DNA of 64,000 nt from Limnochordia bacterium (GCA_041686855.1 JAWLDA010000005.1:203222-267221); one strand, 5' to 3'. Positions 19,668 through 30,812 are shown, counted from the stretch's first letter. Notes: a model not told the origin generated them from the sequence alone. Translations and numbers: made by a program.

Positions 19668-19928
19668 TTACACGGGTGTCGGCGTTGCGTAAAACTCTTT
19701 GATCCTTTGAATCTCCTCTTGGCCCGCCTGGGAAGCGGGGAGATACCACTGCCGCTCAGCCGCCAGTTCAAACATCTGGAACTGGGACTTCTCGCCTTCG
19801 GTTACCAATTGCATGAGGGTTTGTCTCAGTTTGGGATTGGACGACTCGAGGCAGGCCTTCAGTGTACCGGCCGTGCTGTGTTTCATCATGTCGAGGGCGT
19901 CACTGGCGATGTCTTTATCGGAAAGCAT
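19668..19928 (-). CDS. Small coat-F-domain-like protein
   Basis: About 86 aa with an NPKLRQTL helix motif as in Bacillus CotF/YraD-like proteins. ATG at 19928 has RBS GGAGGTG 6 nt upstream. The longer ORF reaching 20039 overlaps the previous gene. Confidence 0.5.
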   Translation of the reverse strand: MLSDKDIASDALDMMKHSTAGTLKACLESSNPKLRQTLMQLVTEGEKSQFQMFELAAERQWYLPASQAGQEEIQRIKEFYATPTPV

Positions 19929-19948
19929 GCGAATCACCTCCGGGGCGT

Positions 19949-20140
19949 TTATTGAAGAAAGCTCATGAGCTGGTCTGCTTTCTTTTGGCACTTGGCGCTC
20001 TCGGTTTGCAGCATCTGTTTCAGTTGAGGGTCTTGGCACTGCTCGGAGTACGTTCCAAACTTCGTCGACGCCAACTGCGCCTCACCGACCAAGTGACGGA
20101 GATACTGTAGCTCCATCTGAGTCGTTTGAGTCTGCGGCAT
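19949..20140 (-). CDS. Small coat-F-like protein (63 aa)
   Basis: It carries a QDPQLKQMLQ motif paralogous to the downstream gene. RBS AAGGAGGTG lies 8 nt upstream of the ATG. Confidence 0.45.
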   Translation of the reverse strand: MPQTQTTQMELQYLRHLVGEAQLASTKFGTYSEQCQDPQLKQMLQTESAKCQKKADQLMSFLQ

Positions 20141-20214
20141 TGGGCGTGCACCTCCTTTATTAGGTTTCCCTCTTCACGCACAAGAGTGAGTATCAGCCTA
20201 TCACTAGTCGATAC

Positions 20215-21081
20215 TTACGCCTTTCCGTTGCTTCCGTTGGCCCCGACCGGTACGGGCGCCTTGGTGGTGCCGAACACTTTCGGATTACCGGCGCCCAGCT
20301 CAGGAGCGGGTCCGAGGGGTCCGGGATTCTCGATGTACTCGAAGTTTGACTTCCCATCCATCGACTGGCCGCTCGCCCACCGTCCCTCGCCGCTCTGGGT
20401 TCCGGCCGAGCAGTTCCAAAACTGGTACGCTACCTCAGACTTCTCCAGTTCCTGCGGGAAGCCGACGCTGGGAACGGGAGTGAGCTCGAGGCCTTCTTTC
20501 TCAATCTCTTCGATGGCTGCCATCCACTGGTTCTGGTGCATGGTGTCTCGGGCGATTAAGAATGAGAGCATGTCCTTGACACCGGCATCATCGGTGAGCT
20601 CGTAGAGGCGACATACCTGTAGACGCCCCTGCGACTCAGCGTTGAGGTTGGCACGGAAGTCCGCCAAAAGGTTACCGCTGCTGATGGTGTACCGGGAGTT
20701 GAACGGGTAGCCGGCGCTGTCCGTAGGCGTGGCGCCCAGCCCGCCGACGATCACATGCTGCGGGTTCATGCCGCCCATGACGGCCCCGACCAACGGGTTG
20801 GACTGTGCCGCCTGGTCTTGATCGACCGGCGAACCCTCCAACAGGCGGGCGATCATCGTGGCGAGCATCTCGACGTGGGCAATCTCTTCGGTTCCGATGT
20901 CCAGGAGCATGTCGCGGTACTTGGCAGGCCCGCGGCAGTTCCACCCCTGGAAAAGGTACTGCACCATGACGGTCATCTCGCCGAATTGGCCGCCAAGCAC
21001 TTCTTGGAGCTTCTTGGCGTAGACCGGATCGGGTTTGTCTGGCTTCGCCTCATATTGAAGACGTTTGTCATGAAAGAACAA
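20215..21081 (-). CDS. Manganese catalase (CotJC/YdbD-like, ferritin-like fold)
   Basis: MFFHDKRLQYEAKPDKPDP ... EEIAHVEM align with Bacillus YdbD-type Mn-catalases. TTG start at 21081 follows GGGGAGGGGA. The ORF extension to 21153 was rejected. Confidence 0.8.
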   Translation of the reverse strand: MFFHDKRLQYEAKPDKPDPVYAKKLQEVLGGQFGEMTVMVQYLFQGWNCRGPAKYRDMLLDIGTEEIAHVEMLATMIARLLEGSPVDQDQAAQSNPLVGAVMGGMNPQHVIVGGLGATPTDSAGYPFNSRYTISSGNLLADFRANLNAESQGRLQVCRLYELTDDAGVKDMLSFLIARDTMHQNQWMAAIEEIEKEGLELTPVPSVGFPQELEKSEVAYQFWNCSAGTQSGEGRWASGQSMDGKSNFEYIENPGPLGPAPELGAGNPKVFGTTKAPVPVGANGSNGKA

Positions 21082-21176
21082 TTTCCAAATCCCCTCCCCA
21101 CAAGTGTTAACGATTGGTAGGCTCTCCGGCGCGGGGGTGGGTATGCACGGCAAGATCTGACAGGCGAGATGGATCG

Positions 21177-21218
21177 CGTGACGGTCTTAGCGTGACGGTC
21201 TTAGCGTGACGGTCTTAT
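21177..21218. repeat. 14-bp tandem repeat x3 (CGTGACGGTCTTAG)
   Basis: Read directly from the sequence. It lies in the upstream (promoter) region of the Mn-catalase operon. Confidence 0.8.
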
Positions 21219-21284
21219 TAGAGGGAAGGAAGTGTCTGGGTTCACCCTAAAGTAGATGAAGAACGAGTTTGACAAGCCTTTTGG

Positions 21285-22244
21285 GTGGAGCGTGATGCTG
21301 AATTGGACGTACTCATTACGGCCTCGCTGAGCGAGGATGTTCGCCGTCTCGTGAACGAGACGGTGCAGCGCGCCGGCGCGGGCGCTACGTTTGAGAAGGA
21401 TTTGCGGCAGGTGAGCGTGCAGCCCGACGTCATCTTTGGCAACGTCTCGGTTGACTTTGCGTTGGAGCAGCCGAAACTACGCTGGGTGCAAACGGTCTCT
21501 GCAGGAATTGATGCGTTCTCGGCGCGCGCTGACGAGATTCCTGAGGAGCTCCTCATCACCAACGGATCAGGGACGTACGGCCCTGGCGGCGGCGATCACG
21601 TCATGGCGATGATGCTCTTTTTCACACGGGCTCTCGGCACGTATTGGGATAACAAAAAGCGCGGCCTTTGGCAACCGCGCCTTGCCTCCATGAGTCGCTT
21701 GCTGGGGCAGAGGTTGGTCGTGTTGGGGCTTGGAGATTTGGGGCTTAACGTGGCCCGCCGGGCCAAGGCGTTCGGCATGTACGTGATCGGCGTAAAGCGG
21801 ACGCCCGAACACGTGGCTGAGGTCGATGAGGTCGTCACCGTCGACGAGATCGAGCGTGTCCTCCCAGGAGCGGATCACGTCGCGATCACGCTCCCACATA
21901 CGAATGCGACGCGGCATCTCTTGAGCCGCGAGCGCCTCGCTCTCCTGCCTCCGACGGCGTATCTTTATAACATCGGGCGCGGCGCAGTCGTCGACGAGGA
22001 TGCCCTCGTTGAGGCGCTGCAAAGCGGTCGTCTGGCGGGAGCGGGACTCGACGTCTTCACGACCGAGCCACTCCCAGAGGAGCACCCGTTTTGGGCGATG
22101 GAGAACGTGTTGATCACGCCGCATGTGGGCGCGAACACGCCCCATGATCATGACATTGCCGCAGAGATTTTCCTGCAGAACTGGCAGCGCTTCGTGGCCG
22201 GTGAACCCCTCATGAATCGGGTCGACCTCCAATTGGGGTACTGA
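21285..22244 (+). CDS. D-isomer-specific 2-hydroxyacid dehydrogenase family, NAD-binding
   Basis: A GLGDLG Rossmann motif and catalytic R/E/H residues (HVGANT) are present. Confidence 0.75.
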   Translation: MERDAELDVLITASLSEDVRRLVNETVQRAGAGATFEKDLRQVSVQPDVIFGNVSVDFALEQPKLRWVQTVSAGIDAFSARADEIPEELLITNGSGTYGPGGGDHVMAMMLFFTRALGTYWDNKKRGLWQPRLASMSRLLGQRLVVLGLGDLGLNVARRAKAFGMYVIGVKRTPEHVAEVDEVVTVDEIERVLPGADHVAITLPHTNATRHLLSRERLALLPPTAYLYNIGRGAVVDEDALVEALQSGRLAGAGLDVFTTEPLPEEHPFWAMENVLITPHVGANTPHDHDIAAEIFLQNWQRFVAGEPLMNRVDLQLGY

Positions 22245-23489
22245 TTACGCCGATGCTTGAGTCGTGCCGGCGTCAGCTTTGCCGCGGTGGGCGGTGCTCA
22301 ACCAGACGGCGCTGCTGACGAATAAGACGAGCGCTCCGGCTGCGTACATCCATGTGAACCCAAATGCCTCCGCAATGAACCCCCCAACGGTGGAGCCGAG
22401 GATGATGCCGATGTCGAATGCGTTGGTCATTCCGGCAGCGGCCATCGCTCGGCTCTGGGTCGCGCGCTCGACGAGCTGAGTCCAAAGCAGCGTTTGGCAG
22501 GTTCCGTGGCCGACTCCCATCAGCAGCGCTCCGCCAAAAAAGGTGAGCGGCGTTGTTCCGGTGGCGAGCGTCAGCAAGCCGGCGAGGAGAAGGAGGAATC
22601 CCGGTGCACCGACGAGGCGGGCGCCAAACCGGTCGATCGCTTGACCGGAGAGGAGTCGCAGGCTCATCGAGCCGAGCGCAAAGGCCGAAAAGAAAAGCCC
22701 TGGGTTAGCGACACCGAGCGTCGTGCCGTGCACGGCTGCGAAGGTAAAGATCATCCCGAAATTGAGTGTCACGGTTAGGTTGACGAGGAGTATGACGAGG
22801 ACGTCCCGATCGCGCCACGGGGAAGCAGTCCGCCCCTCAGCGTCAGCCGCTCCGGACGCCTCGGAAGCGGTGCCTTCTCGCATTAAACTGCGAGCCGTAC
22901 GATCGTCGGAGCCGATCGGGAGGCGATCCTCCGGCAGGTCGCGTACGGAGCGCAGGAGGAAGAGCGCACCGAGCGCGGCGAGGATGGCGCCGGCGACCAC
23001 GAGGCGCATTCCCCCGATGTGTAGAAGCGTAATGCCGATCGAGGGCGCGACGAGGAGGCTGGAACTCGTGGCGGCTCCGTGCAAGCCGATCGTTCGACCG
23101 CGCTCGCTCGGCGAGCAGCGGTCTACAAGCATCAGAGGGATGGCCATAATGAAACCTGCCGGCATCAGCGCGTGGACGACGCGCAACAGGGCGAGCCATC
23201 CGGTACTGGTTGTCACAAGGTAGGCGAGCGGGCCGACGATGCCGCCCACGGCGGCCAATCGAACGATCAAGCCTAGGCCACGGCGGTTGGCCAGGTGCGC
23301 TAGAAGGGGGCGGGCCAGAAAGGAAGCGCCCGAAAAGGCGCCCATCAACAAACCGATCTCGCTGCTGCTGCCGCCCCGTTCGGCGAGGTAGACGGGAAAA
23401 GCGCCTAGGATAAAGTCGTAGTTGTAGAATAAAAGGAGCGCCGATGCAATGAGCATCGCCCGCTCCCGTCGCACTCCTATTTGCTTCAT
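22245..23489 (-). CDS. MFS transporter
   Basis: Twelve TM helices. The preferred start MKQ at 23489 overlaps the upstream gene stop as ATGA (translational coupling). An alternative ATG at 23456 follows GGGAGCGGG. Confidence 0.65.
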   Translation of the reverse strand: MKQIGVRRERAMLIASALLLFYNYDFILGAFPVYLAERGGSSSEIGLLMGAFSGASFLARPLLAHLANRRGLGLIVRLAAVGGIVGPLAYLVTTSTGWLALLRVVHALMPAGFIMAIPLMLVDRCSPSERGRTIGLHGAATSSSLLVAPSIGITLLHIGGMRLVVAGAILAALGALFLLRSVRDLPEDRLPIGSDDRTARSLMREGTASEASGAADAEGRTASPWRDRDVLVILLVNLTVTLNFGMIFTFAAVHGTTLGVANPGLFFSAFALGSMSLRLLSGQAIDRFGARLVGAPGFLLLLAGLLTLATGTTPLTFFGGALLMGVGHGTCQTLLWTQLVERATQSRAMAAAGMTNAFDIGIILGSTVGGFIAEAFGFTWMYAAGALVLFVSSAVWLSTAHRGKADAGTTQASA

Positions 23490-25489
23490 TCGTTCGGCTG
23501 AACCACACTCCATCCCGCTTCGAGCGCGGCGACAATCGAGTCGACGTCGTAGACACAGCCACCCCACGTGCCGCCGCTCACCCGCTGCAGAGCGGCCCAA
23601 AGTCGTGTCTCGGGCGGGAGCCCCTCGTCCGGTTGCACCTTGGGATGAACGGTACGCTCGGCGAGCAACTGCTCGGCCTCATCGGGCTGGAGCCGACCGC
23701 TCTTGGTCCCGACCAAGTTGACGGAGCCGGTGAGGTTGACACAGTCGACGACGAGCTCGATGAGGTCTCCGTCTCGCACTTTGCCGATCGGACCGCCGGC
23801 AAGCGCTTCGGGTCCCACGTGGCCGATACAGGCGCCGGTGGAGACGCCCGAGAAGCGGGCGTCGGTGAGCACGGCCACGTCCTTGCCAAAGGGGAGGTAG
23901 CGCAGTGCGATCGTAATTTGGGCCACCTCTTCCATGCCGGAGCCCATGGGACCGCGCCCAACAAGGACGATCACGTCACCCGCTCGAATCGGCTCAGCGC
24001 CCTGCCCTTTGATGGCGGCGTTGGCTTCTCGCTCCGTCGTAAAGACGCGGGCCCGTCCTACTTTGCGGTACACTCCATCCTCATCGAGGAGGCTGGGATC
24101 GATCGCCGTGCTTTTGATGACGGAGCCTTGTGGGGCGAGGTTGCCAGTGGGGAACGTGACCGTACTGGTCAACCCTTTGGACTTGGCCCGGTCGGCGTCC
24201 ATAATCACATCGTCGGGATCGATTCCGTCCGCCTCGTGGAGACGGGCTCGCAAAAGCCTCCGTCGCTCGCTCCCTTCCCACCAGTCGAGAGCGTCGTTCC
24301 ACGTATGTCCAGAAGCGGTGAGGCATGTGCCGTCGATCAGGTTCATCCGCCGCAAGTGCAGCATCACTTCGGGGACTCCGCCGGCAAGGAAGACCCGCAC
24401 CGTGGGATGGTACATGGGGCCGTTGGGTAGGACATCGACGATCCGAGGCACCTTGGCGTTCACGCGCTGCCAGTCTTCTACCGTGGGGCGGCGCAAGCCC
24501 GCAGCATGGGCGATCGCGGGAATGTGCAAGAGCAGATTCGTCGAGCCCCCGAACGCCGCATGGACGACCATGGCGTTGTGAATCGCCGCCTCTGTGAGGA
24601 TATCCGCCAGCGTCAGCCCTCGGGATTCGAGCGCAGCTACGGCGGCCGCTGCCCGGCGAGCGCCGGAGAGCCAAATCTCTTGTCCGGAGGGGGCCAAGGC
24701 GGAGTGGGGCAGGGCCATCCCGAGCGCTTCCGCCACCACTTGGGCTGTCGCTGCGGTGCCGAGGAACTGGCACCCACCCCCCGGACTGGCGCAGGTGCGA
24801 CAACCGAGCTCGGCCGCCTCTTCGAGGGTGATCTCCCCGTGGGCGTAACGGGCGCCGACGCTTTGGATCCTCCCGGCATCCTCGCCCGAGGTCGGCGGCA
24901 GGGTGACGCCGCCGGGGATCACTACCGACGGGAGTTGTTTCACCCCGGCGAGGGCGATCATCATAGCGGGCAGGCCCTTGTCGCACGTGCCGACGCCGAC
25001 GATGCCTTTGCGCGTCGGCAGTGAGCGGACCAGGCGTCGCAAGACGACCGCAGCATCGTTGCGATAGGCCAAGCTGTCGAACATGCCGGGGGTGCCTTGT
25101 GAACGTCCGTCGCAGGGATCGCTGCAGTAGGCCGAGTAGGGAATGTGCCCCATCTCTTTAAGGGAGCGAGCGCACGCGTCGACGAGGAGGCCGACCTCCC
25201 AGTGCCCTGTGTGATAGCCGAGTGCGATCGGCTCCCCGTCAGGGTCGCGCAGGCCTCCCATCGTGCTGAGAATGAGAAACTCTCTCCCCGTCAGCTTGGT
25301 GGGATCCCAACCCATGCCGACGTTTTGGCTGAGGCGAAAGAGGTCGCCGCTCGGCGCTTCGAGGAGCATTTCGCGCGTGAAGGGCAGCCGTCCCGCCGGA
25401 CCGTCTGCATGTGTGATCACGTTGTACTCGTCACGATTCTCAGTGGTGTAAAGCGTCTCCATTGGAGTCATACGTTCGCCTCGCCTCAC
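23486..25489 (-). CDS. Dihydroxy-acid dehydratase family protein (IlvD/EDD)
   Basis: The CDKGLPAMM and [13 protein letters not shown] motifs are present. The 667-aa length fits the long sugar-acid dehydratase subgroup. Confidence 0.8.
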   Translation of the reverse strand: MRRGERMTPMETLYTTENRDEYNVITHADGPAGRLPFTREMLLEAPSGDLFRLSQNVGMGWDPTKLTGREFLILSTMGGLRDPDGEPIALGYHTGHWEVGLLVDACARSLKEMGHIPYSAYCSDPCDGRSQGTPGMFDSLAYRNDAAVVLRRLVRSLPTRKGIVGVGTCDKGLPAMMIALAGVKQLPSVVIPGGVTLPPTSGEDAGRIQSVGARYAHGEITLEEAAELGCRTCASPGGGCQFLGTAATAQVVAEALGMALPHSALAPSGQEIWLSGARRAAAAVAALESRGLTLADILTEAAIHNAMVVHAAFGGSTNLLLHIPAIAHAAGLRRPTVEDWQRVNAKVPRIVDVLPNGPMYHPTVRVFLAGGVPEVMLHLRRMNLIDGTCLTASGHTWNDALDWWEGSERRRLLRARLHEADGIDPDDVIMDADRAKSKGLTSTVTFPTGNLAPQGSVIKSTAIDPSLLDEDGVYRKVGRARVFTTEREANAAIKGQGAEPIRAGDVIVLVGRGPMGSGMEEVAQITIALRYLPFGKDVAVLTDARFSGVSTGACIGHVGPEALAGGPIGKVRDGDLIELVVDCVNLTGSVNLVGTKSGRLQPDEAEQLLAERTVHPKVQPDEGLPPETRLWAALQRVSGGTWGGCVYDVDSIVAALEAGWSVVQPNE

Positions 25490-27273
25490 TAGGCCGAATT
25501 CGCTGCGTATTGCCGAGCGTAGAGTCGTCGGTAGGTCCCGTCTTCGTTAATCAGTTGTTCGTGGTTGCCGAACTGGGAGATGCGGCCGCCTTCGAGTACG
25601 CAGATGTTGGTTGCGTCGCGGATCGTCGAGAGTCTGTGTGCGATGACCAACGTGGTGCGCCCCACCATCAGCTTTTGGAGCGCTTCTTGAATGAGGCTCT
25701 CGGTCTCGACGTCGACGGCTGAAGTGGCCTCGTCGAGAATGAGGATCGGGGCATCCTTGAGGATTGCTCGAGCGATGGAGAGCCGTTGCTTTTGTCCCCC
25801 GGAGAGGCGGACGCCGCGCTCACCGATATGAGTGTCGTACCCTTGCGGCAGCTTAGCGATGAACTCGTGCGCGTTGGCAACCTTAGCGGCCTCGATGGCA
25901 TCCTCGGGGCTCTTGCCCGGATTGCTGTAGAGGATGTTGTCAAGGACGGTGCCGTTGAACAAGAACGTGTCCTGCAGCACCATACTGATGTTGTGTCGCA
26001 GGGACTGAAGGTTGATCTCCTTGAGGTCGACGCCGTCTAACGTAATGCGCCCGGCCGTCGGATCATAAAAGCGGGGAATGAGGCTCGCAACCGTACTCTT
26101 GCCCACACCGGTCGGCCCGACCACCGCGAGTGACTCGCCCGGTTTGATAACGAATGAGATGTCGTGCAGGACCGGCACGTCTTCGCTGTAGCCGAAATCG
26201 ACGTTGTGGAACGCGATCTCACCCTCGACGTTTTTGAGCGTGCGGGCGTCCTTCGCCTCTTTCACGTCGGACTCCACGACGAGGATGTCCGAGACCCGCT
26301 CGGCCCCGGCGAGTGCCATTTGTACCTGCTCGTTCATCCGGGCCAACAACATTATGGGTTGGTAGAACATACTGAGGTACAGAAGGAAGGCGACCAAGTC
26401 TTCGATAGGCAATGAGCCGCGCAGCGCTGCCATTCCACCAAAGTAGATGATGATAATGGTCCCCATCGTACCGACGAATTCGACGGATGGGTGATACACG
26501 GCCATGATCTTGAGGGCGCGCAAAAGGTCGGCCGTATACCGGCGTGAGCGGTTGGCGACGCGCTTCCCCTCGTGGCGCTCCCGAGTAAAGATGAGGATCT
26601 CTTTGATGCCGGAGATATTGTCCTGCAAGATCGCGTTAAACTCGGCGAGCTTCTCCTGGGCCGCTTTAAAGGCGGAGCGCATGTGTTTGCTGAAACCGAG
26701 GACGACAAAGAGGAGAAGGGGAATCGGAAGCAGCGTCAGTAGCGCGAGCTCGACATTGAGGTAGAGCAAAATACCTGTAATGCCGACGATCAGGAACGTG
26801 TTGACGATCAGGTCCGGAATGTTGTGCGCCACCAACGGCTCAATGTGGTTGGTGTCGTTGACGAGTCGGGACATGATCTCACCCGTCTGCTTGTCGTGGT
26901 AGTAGCGGAGTGAGAGCTTCTGCAGGTGCTGGTAGACAAAGACTCGTAGATCGCTGACGAAGTTCCACGCCATGACGTGAGCGACGTAGCTCATAAAAAA
27001 CTGGCAGATGCCGCGCAGGATGTGAGCGACGGCAAAGATTCCGGCCAATAGGCCGATACGCCCGGCGAGGCCGCTCGCGGCGAGGCGCTCGGCAAAGTCC
27101 AAGCTGAGGGCGAGCGCGCCCGCCTCCTCGGATTGGAGAATCATTAAGACCTCACGAATGATCCAGGGACCAATCAAGTTGAGGGCCGTGACGCCCAAGG
27201 TGGCCAGAATCACAACGACCATGTGCTTGCGGTATGGGCGGAAGAATGCCCGCAGTCGCCATAACGCTTCCAT
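25489..27273 (-). CDS. ABC exporter, fused transmembrane domain and ATPase (MsbA-like)
   Basis: Six TM helices, Walker [10 protein letters not shown], the LSGGQKQR signature and Walker [11 protein letters not shown]. Confidence 0.85.
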   Translation of the reverse strand: MEALWRLRAFFRPYRKHMVVVILATLGVTALNLIGPWIIREVLMILQSEEAGALALSLDFAERLAASGLAGRIGLLAGIFAVAHILRGICQFFMSYVAHVMAWNFVSDLRVFVYQHLQKLSLRYYHDKQTGEIMSRLVNDTNHIEPLVAHNIPDLIVNTFLIVGITGILLYLNVELALLTLLPIPLLLFVVLGFSKHMRSAFKAAQEKLAEFNAILQDNISGIKEILIFTRERHEGKRVANRSRRYTADLLRALKIMAVYHPSVEFVGTMGTIIIIYFGGMAALRGSLPIEDLVAFLLYLSMFYQPIMLLARMNEQVQMALAGAERVSDILVVESDVKEAKDARTLKNVEGEIAFHNVDFGYSEDVPVLHDISFVIKPGESLAVVGPTGVGKSTVASLIPRFYDPTAGRITLDGVDLKEINLQSLRHNISMVLQDTFLFNGTVLDNILYSNPGKSPEDAIEAAKVANAHEFIAKLPQGYDTHIGERGVRLSGGQKQRLSIARAILKDAPILILDEATSAVDVETESLIQEALQKLMVGRTTLVIAHRLSTIRDATNICVLEGGRISQFGNHEQLINEDGTYRRLYARQYAANSA

Positions 27274-27417
27274 TTGGCAACCTCCTAAAATACCCTTTGA
27301 ACTTTAATTAAGTTCCATTCGACGTCGGAGCCCTTCGGGCCTTCGAATAGAGGGAAGTGCAGCCCAGCGCTCGAACTTCAAGTGACGGGTGCGCCCAACG
27401 TGTCGAACGATTCACAG

Positions 27418-27489
27418 AGTAACTACGATAGTAACTACGATAGTAACTACGAGAGTAACTAAGAGTGTAACTGGAAGAGCAACTGTGTT
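27418..27489. repeat. 12-bp tandem repeat (AGTAACTACGAT), about six increasingly degenerate copies
   Basis: Read directly from the sequence. It lies in the divergent promoter region between the ABC exporter and the MFS gene. Confidence 0.8.
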
Positions 27490-27531
27490 AATGAGGGCGG
27501 CTCTCTCCTAAACGAGGTGGACACCACTTCC

Positions 27532-28725
27532 GTGACTGACGACAATCGCCGATCGACCCGTACCTTACTCGTTGCCATTGCCTGCTTTTGGGCGTCACTG
27601 TACCTCTACGTTCCCATCCTTGCGCCGTATGCCGAAACCCTCGGCGTTCCCATAGCCTGGGTGGGAATCATCATTGCGTCGTACGGTTTCTCGCAACTCG
27701 TCTTGCGCATTCCTGTTGGCTTGTGGTCCGACCGACTGGGACGCCGGCGCCCCTTTATTGTAGCGGCTTTTGTCGCATCGGCCCTTTCGGGCCTCCTGTT
27801 CGTCTTCTCCGGCGGATTGGGGGGGCTGTTGACGGCGCGGGCCCTCTCGGGCGTCTCCGCCACCATGTGGGTTGTGATCACCGTCTTGTACTCCAGCGCT
27901 TTTCCACCGGAGAAGGCAGGTTACGCGATGAGCATCGTCACCTTTGTGACGACGGTGACGCAGCTTTGTTCCACGCTTGCCGGAGGGTTGATCGCCGAGA
28001 TATGGGGATGGAAGAGTCCCTTTTGGGTGGCGGCCGCAGTCGGCGCCGTCGGCTTGGCTCTCACCTTGCGTCTGCGAGAAGTGAACACCCGCCCCTTGGG
28101 TCTCTCCGTGCGCGCCCTGGCGGCGGTGGGGAGGGAGCCGTCACTCCTGTTGGTCTCCGCTCTCGGCGCCTTATACCAGTTTAATATGTTTGTGACGGCA
28201 TACGGATTTACCCCCAATTACGCCGTCGCCCTGGGTGCGTCCAAGGCGGACCTCGGCTGGTTGGGACTCGTCTCGACGTTACCGATGGCGCTCGCTTCAT
28301 TGGGGAGTGGGAGCCTCTTTGCCAAGCGTATGAACGAGGGGCAAATGGTGACGACGGGGTGCGCGCTTACCTGCGTAGGCACCGCATTGATTCCTGTTTG
28401 TTCCTCACTGTGGGCGCTGTATGCAACCCAGGCTCTCGCAGGTTTTGGACGAGGCTTGGTCTTTGCGGTCTTGATGGGTCTTGCGATTCGCACTGTTCCG
28501 ACCGAAAAGCGTGCGACAGCCATGGGCTTCTTTCAATCGCTCTACGCAATCGGCATGTTTGCCGGGCCGGCCGTCGCAGGAGTTACAGCCGACGCATACG
28601 GGTTGAACGGCGCCTTTTACACAGCGGCGGCGGTGATGGCCGTGGCTACGTTGGTCGCGGCCGGATGGCTGACCCGTACCTTTAACAAGACGATGCACTC
28701 TCCAGAAAACGTCGTCTCCTCATAA
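27532..28725 (+). CDS. MFS transporter
   Basis: Twelve TM helices. GTG at 27532 has GAGGTGG 11 nt upstream. The ORF opens at GTG 27517, which lies within that RBS. Confidence 0.7.
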   Translation: MTDDNRRSTRTLLVAIACFWASLYLYVPILAPYAETLGVPIAWVGIIIASYGFSQLVLRIPVGLWSDRLGRRRPFIVAAFVASALSGLLFVFSGGLGGLLTARALSGVSATMWVVITVLYSSAFPPEKAGYAMSIVTFVTTVTQLCSTLAGGLIAEIWGWKSPFWVAAAVGAVGLALTLRLREVNTRPLGLSVRALAAVGREPSLLLVSALGALYQFNMFVTAYGFTPNYAVALGASKADLGWLGLVSTLPMALASLGSGSLFAKRMNEGQMVTTGCALTCVGTALIPVCSSLWALYATQALAGFGRGLVFAVLMGLAIRTVPTEKRATAMGFFQSLYAIGMFAGPAVAGVTADAYGLNGAFYTAAAVMAVATLVAAGWLTRTFNKTMHSPENVVSS

Positions 28726-28769
28726 ACCCGGACGGTGCACCCAGAAAACGTCGTCTCCTCATAAACCCG
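28702..28769. repeat. 29-bp direct repeat x2 duplicating the 3' end of the MFS gene
   Basis: CCAGAAAACGTCGTCTCCTCATAAACCCG occurs twice, 10 bp apart. Confidence 0.8.
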
Positions 28770-28890
28770 CCGGTCGTGTATGATGGGTAAGGCGGCGCAG
28801 TCGCCGCCTTATACGGAGACGAAATGCGGAGACGAAATAGGCAATCGAAATAAGCAACCGAAATACGGAATTAGAAAGCGGGTGGCGGGC

Positions 28891-29835
28891 ATGGGACGCC
28901 CCCTTAAAGTGTTATCGATCGCCACGGTGATCGGGATGTTTCTCGTCCTTTTAATGGGCGCTCTCGTAACCAAATCGGGCTCCGCCGAAGGGTGCGGCGC
29001 GTCGTGGCCGCTATGCGACGGCAAACTGCTACCAGCGGCCAACATTCACTCGATCATCGAGTACAGTCACCGTGCTGTCTCCGGAACGGTCGGCCTCCTC
29101 GTCCTCGCTTTGACGGTGTGGGGGTGGCGGCGCTACCCGGGACGGCGTGACGTACGCGCCTTGCTCGTGACGGCGTTGATCTTTATCGTCATTCAGTCGC
29201 TGCTCGGTGCGGCCGCTGTCTTGTGGCCGCAGCCCAAGCTGGTGCTGGCGCTACACTTTGGCATATCACTCACAGCGTTTGCTGCTGTCTTGCTACCAAC
29301 GATCATCATGTTTCAGCTCGAACGGGGTGAGACTCACCGGCAAAAGCCTGTCAGCTCACGCCTTTGGGCATGGTCTTGGGGCGCTCTCGCGTACGTCTAC
29401 GCCGTGGTGTATTCAGGGGCGTACGTACGCCACACCAACTCGCACCTCGCCTGTCTGGATTGGCCGCTCTGCAACGGCGCCTTGATTCCGGAGTTATCCG
29501 GGGGTGTCGGTATTCAGTTCTTTCACCGAGTGGCGGCCGGTGTGGCACTCCTCGTGTTGCTGGGGTTGGTGCGCGTGGCTTCCCGGGAGAGAGCGGAGCG
29601 TCCGGACCTCTACCGCGGTGCCGTCGTGGCGGCAGCGCTTGTGGGGTTGCAAGTGTTGAGCGGGGCTCATGTGATCTTGACGCACTTGACGATGACGGCG
29701 ATGATGCTGCACAGCGCGATTGTGACCAGCTTGTTCGGCGCACTCAGCTACCTCTGTCTCCAGGTCTCCAGGGAACCGGTCGCTCGGGATCCTAAACGGC
29801 ACGCGCGGATAGGAGGGGAGCTTCATCGACCGTAA
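28891..29835 (+). CDS. ctaA: Heme A synthase
   Basis: CtaA/COX15-like TM topology with a conserved Cys pair (CGASWPLC) and His residues. ATG at 28891 follows GGGTGGCGGG. Confidence 0.75.
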   Translation: MGRPLKVLSIATVIGMFLVLLMGALVTKSGSAEGCGASWPLCDGKLLPAANIHSIIEYSHRAVSGTVGLLVLALTVWGWRRYPGRRDVRALLVTALIFIVIQSLLGAAAVLWPQPKLVLALHFGISLTAFAAVLLPTIIMFQLERGETHRQKPVSSRLWAWSWGALAYVYAVVYSGAYVRHTNSHLACLDWPLCNGALIPELSGGVGIQFFHRVAAGVALLVLLGLVRVASRERAERPDLYRGAVVAAALVGLQVLSGAHVILTHLTMTAMMLHSAIVTSLFGALSYLCLQVSREPVARDPKRHARIGGELHRP

Positions 29836-29896
29836 AGCGCTCCTTGCCGCGCTGACCACTGTCCTGTTCTGGTCGTCCGCATTTGCCGGTATTCGG

Positions 29897-30730
29897 GTGG
29901 CGATCGAGGCGTACGGTCCTGGCCACCTGGCGCTCATCCGCTTCCTCTCCGCTTCGGCGCTCTTTGGAGTGTACGCTCTCGTGACGCGGATGCCGATGCC
30001 GGCTCGGCGGGACTGGCACCGCTTCGCCTTGCTGGGCTTCTGCGCGGTGACGATTTATCACACGGCGCTGAATTTCGGCGAGCAAACGGTTCCGGCAGGG
30101 ACGGCGAGCCTCATCATCGCGACGGTCCCGGTCTTCACGGCGATCTTCTCCCGGATCTTTTTAGAAGAACGACTGACGGGCGTGGCGTGGGCCGGCCTCT
30201 TTTGGAGCCTCTTTGGCATCGCGGTGATGACTTTTGGCGGAGAGCGAGAGGTCGGTTTCACGCTCGGAGTGTTTTATGTCGCTGTGGCCGCTGTGTCGGG
30301 CGCGATTTATACGGTCTTCGTCAAACCGCTTCTGGCTCGTTACCCCCCGGTAAACAGCATGGCCTACGTGACATGGGCCGGGACTCTGCCACTGTTTCTC
30401 TTCGCTCCGGGCTTCCTTCAGACCCTGAGCGCAGCTCCGATCGAATCGACCCTAATCGGCGTGTACATCGGCGTCTTTCCTGCTGGGATCGCTTACGCCT
30501 CGTGGAGCATCGCCCTCTCACGCCTCCCGGTGAGCCGAGTCGCACCGTTTATGTATTTGGTCTCCCCCCTGGCCATTCTGTGGGGGTGGCTGTGGGCGGG
30601 TGAGGCGCCTACAGCCATGACATTGGTAGGCGGCTTTATTGCCCTCTCCGGGGTGCTCGTCGTGCAGCTCTGGGGGCGCCGTCCGCTGAGCGCCCCCTCC
30701 ACGAGCCGCAGCGCCAATGTGAGGGCCTAG
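29897..30730 (+). CDS. EamA/DMT-family transporter
   Basis: Ten TM helices with an EamA repeat. The frame is open from 29813 and preceded by a strong AGGAGGGGAG, but no canonical start precedes GTG 29897, so the true N-terminus may be longer. Confidence 0.6.
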   Translation: MAIEAYGPGHLALIRFLSASALFGVYALVTRMPMPARRDWHRFALLGFCAVTIYHTALNFGEQTVPAGTASLIIATVPVFTAIFSRIFLEERLTGVAWAGLFWSLFGIAVMTFGGEREVGFTLGVFYVAVAAVSGAIYTVFVKPLLARYPPVNSMAYVTWAGTLPLFLFAPGFLQTLSAAPIESTLIGVYIGVFPAGIAYASWSIALSRLPVSRVAPFMYLVSPLAILWGWLWAGEAPTAMTLVGGFIALSGVLVVQLWGRRPLSAPSTSRSANVRA

Positions 30731-30744
30731 GGACTCAAGCAATT

Positions 30745-30812
30745 CAGTGACTCGAGCGGTCTAGCGAATCTAGCGAATCAAGCGATCCAGTGACTCAAGT
30801 GGTCTAGCGAAT
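30745..30812. repeat. 25-bp direct repeat x2 (AGTGACTCRAGYGGTCTAGCGAATC) with short internal repeats
   Basis: Read directly from the sequence. It lies at the 3' end of the convergent DMT and D-TA genes. Confidence 0.75.

Noticed and set aside
19929-20039. Longer form of the coat-F-like gene (ORF 19668..20039)
   Set aside because: It would overlap the upstream small gene by 90 nt. An internal ATG at 19928 with a perfectly placed GGAGGTG RBS gives a non-overlapping 86-aa product.
21082-21153. N-terminal extension of Mn-catalase to 21153
   Set aside because: Bacillus-type Mn-catalases begin MF(K/F)H. The TTG at 21081 preceded by GGGGAGGGGA reproduces that N-terminus exactly.
22843-23562. 239-aa Arg-rich ORF and other long antisense or out-of-frame ORFs (e.g. 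108..473, 774..1226, 9815..10258, 14137..14964, 17686..18369, 24081..24986, 36736..37968, 40610..41332, 49841..50833, 53779..54633, 62900..63742)
   Set aside because: Each lies inside a gene with clear homology-like motifs on the other strand or frame. Absence of stop codons is expected at this GC content, and their products are Arg/Pro/Gly-rich, as expected for frame artefacts.
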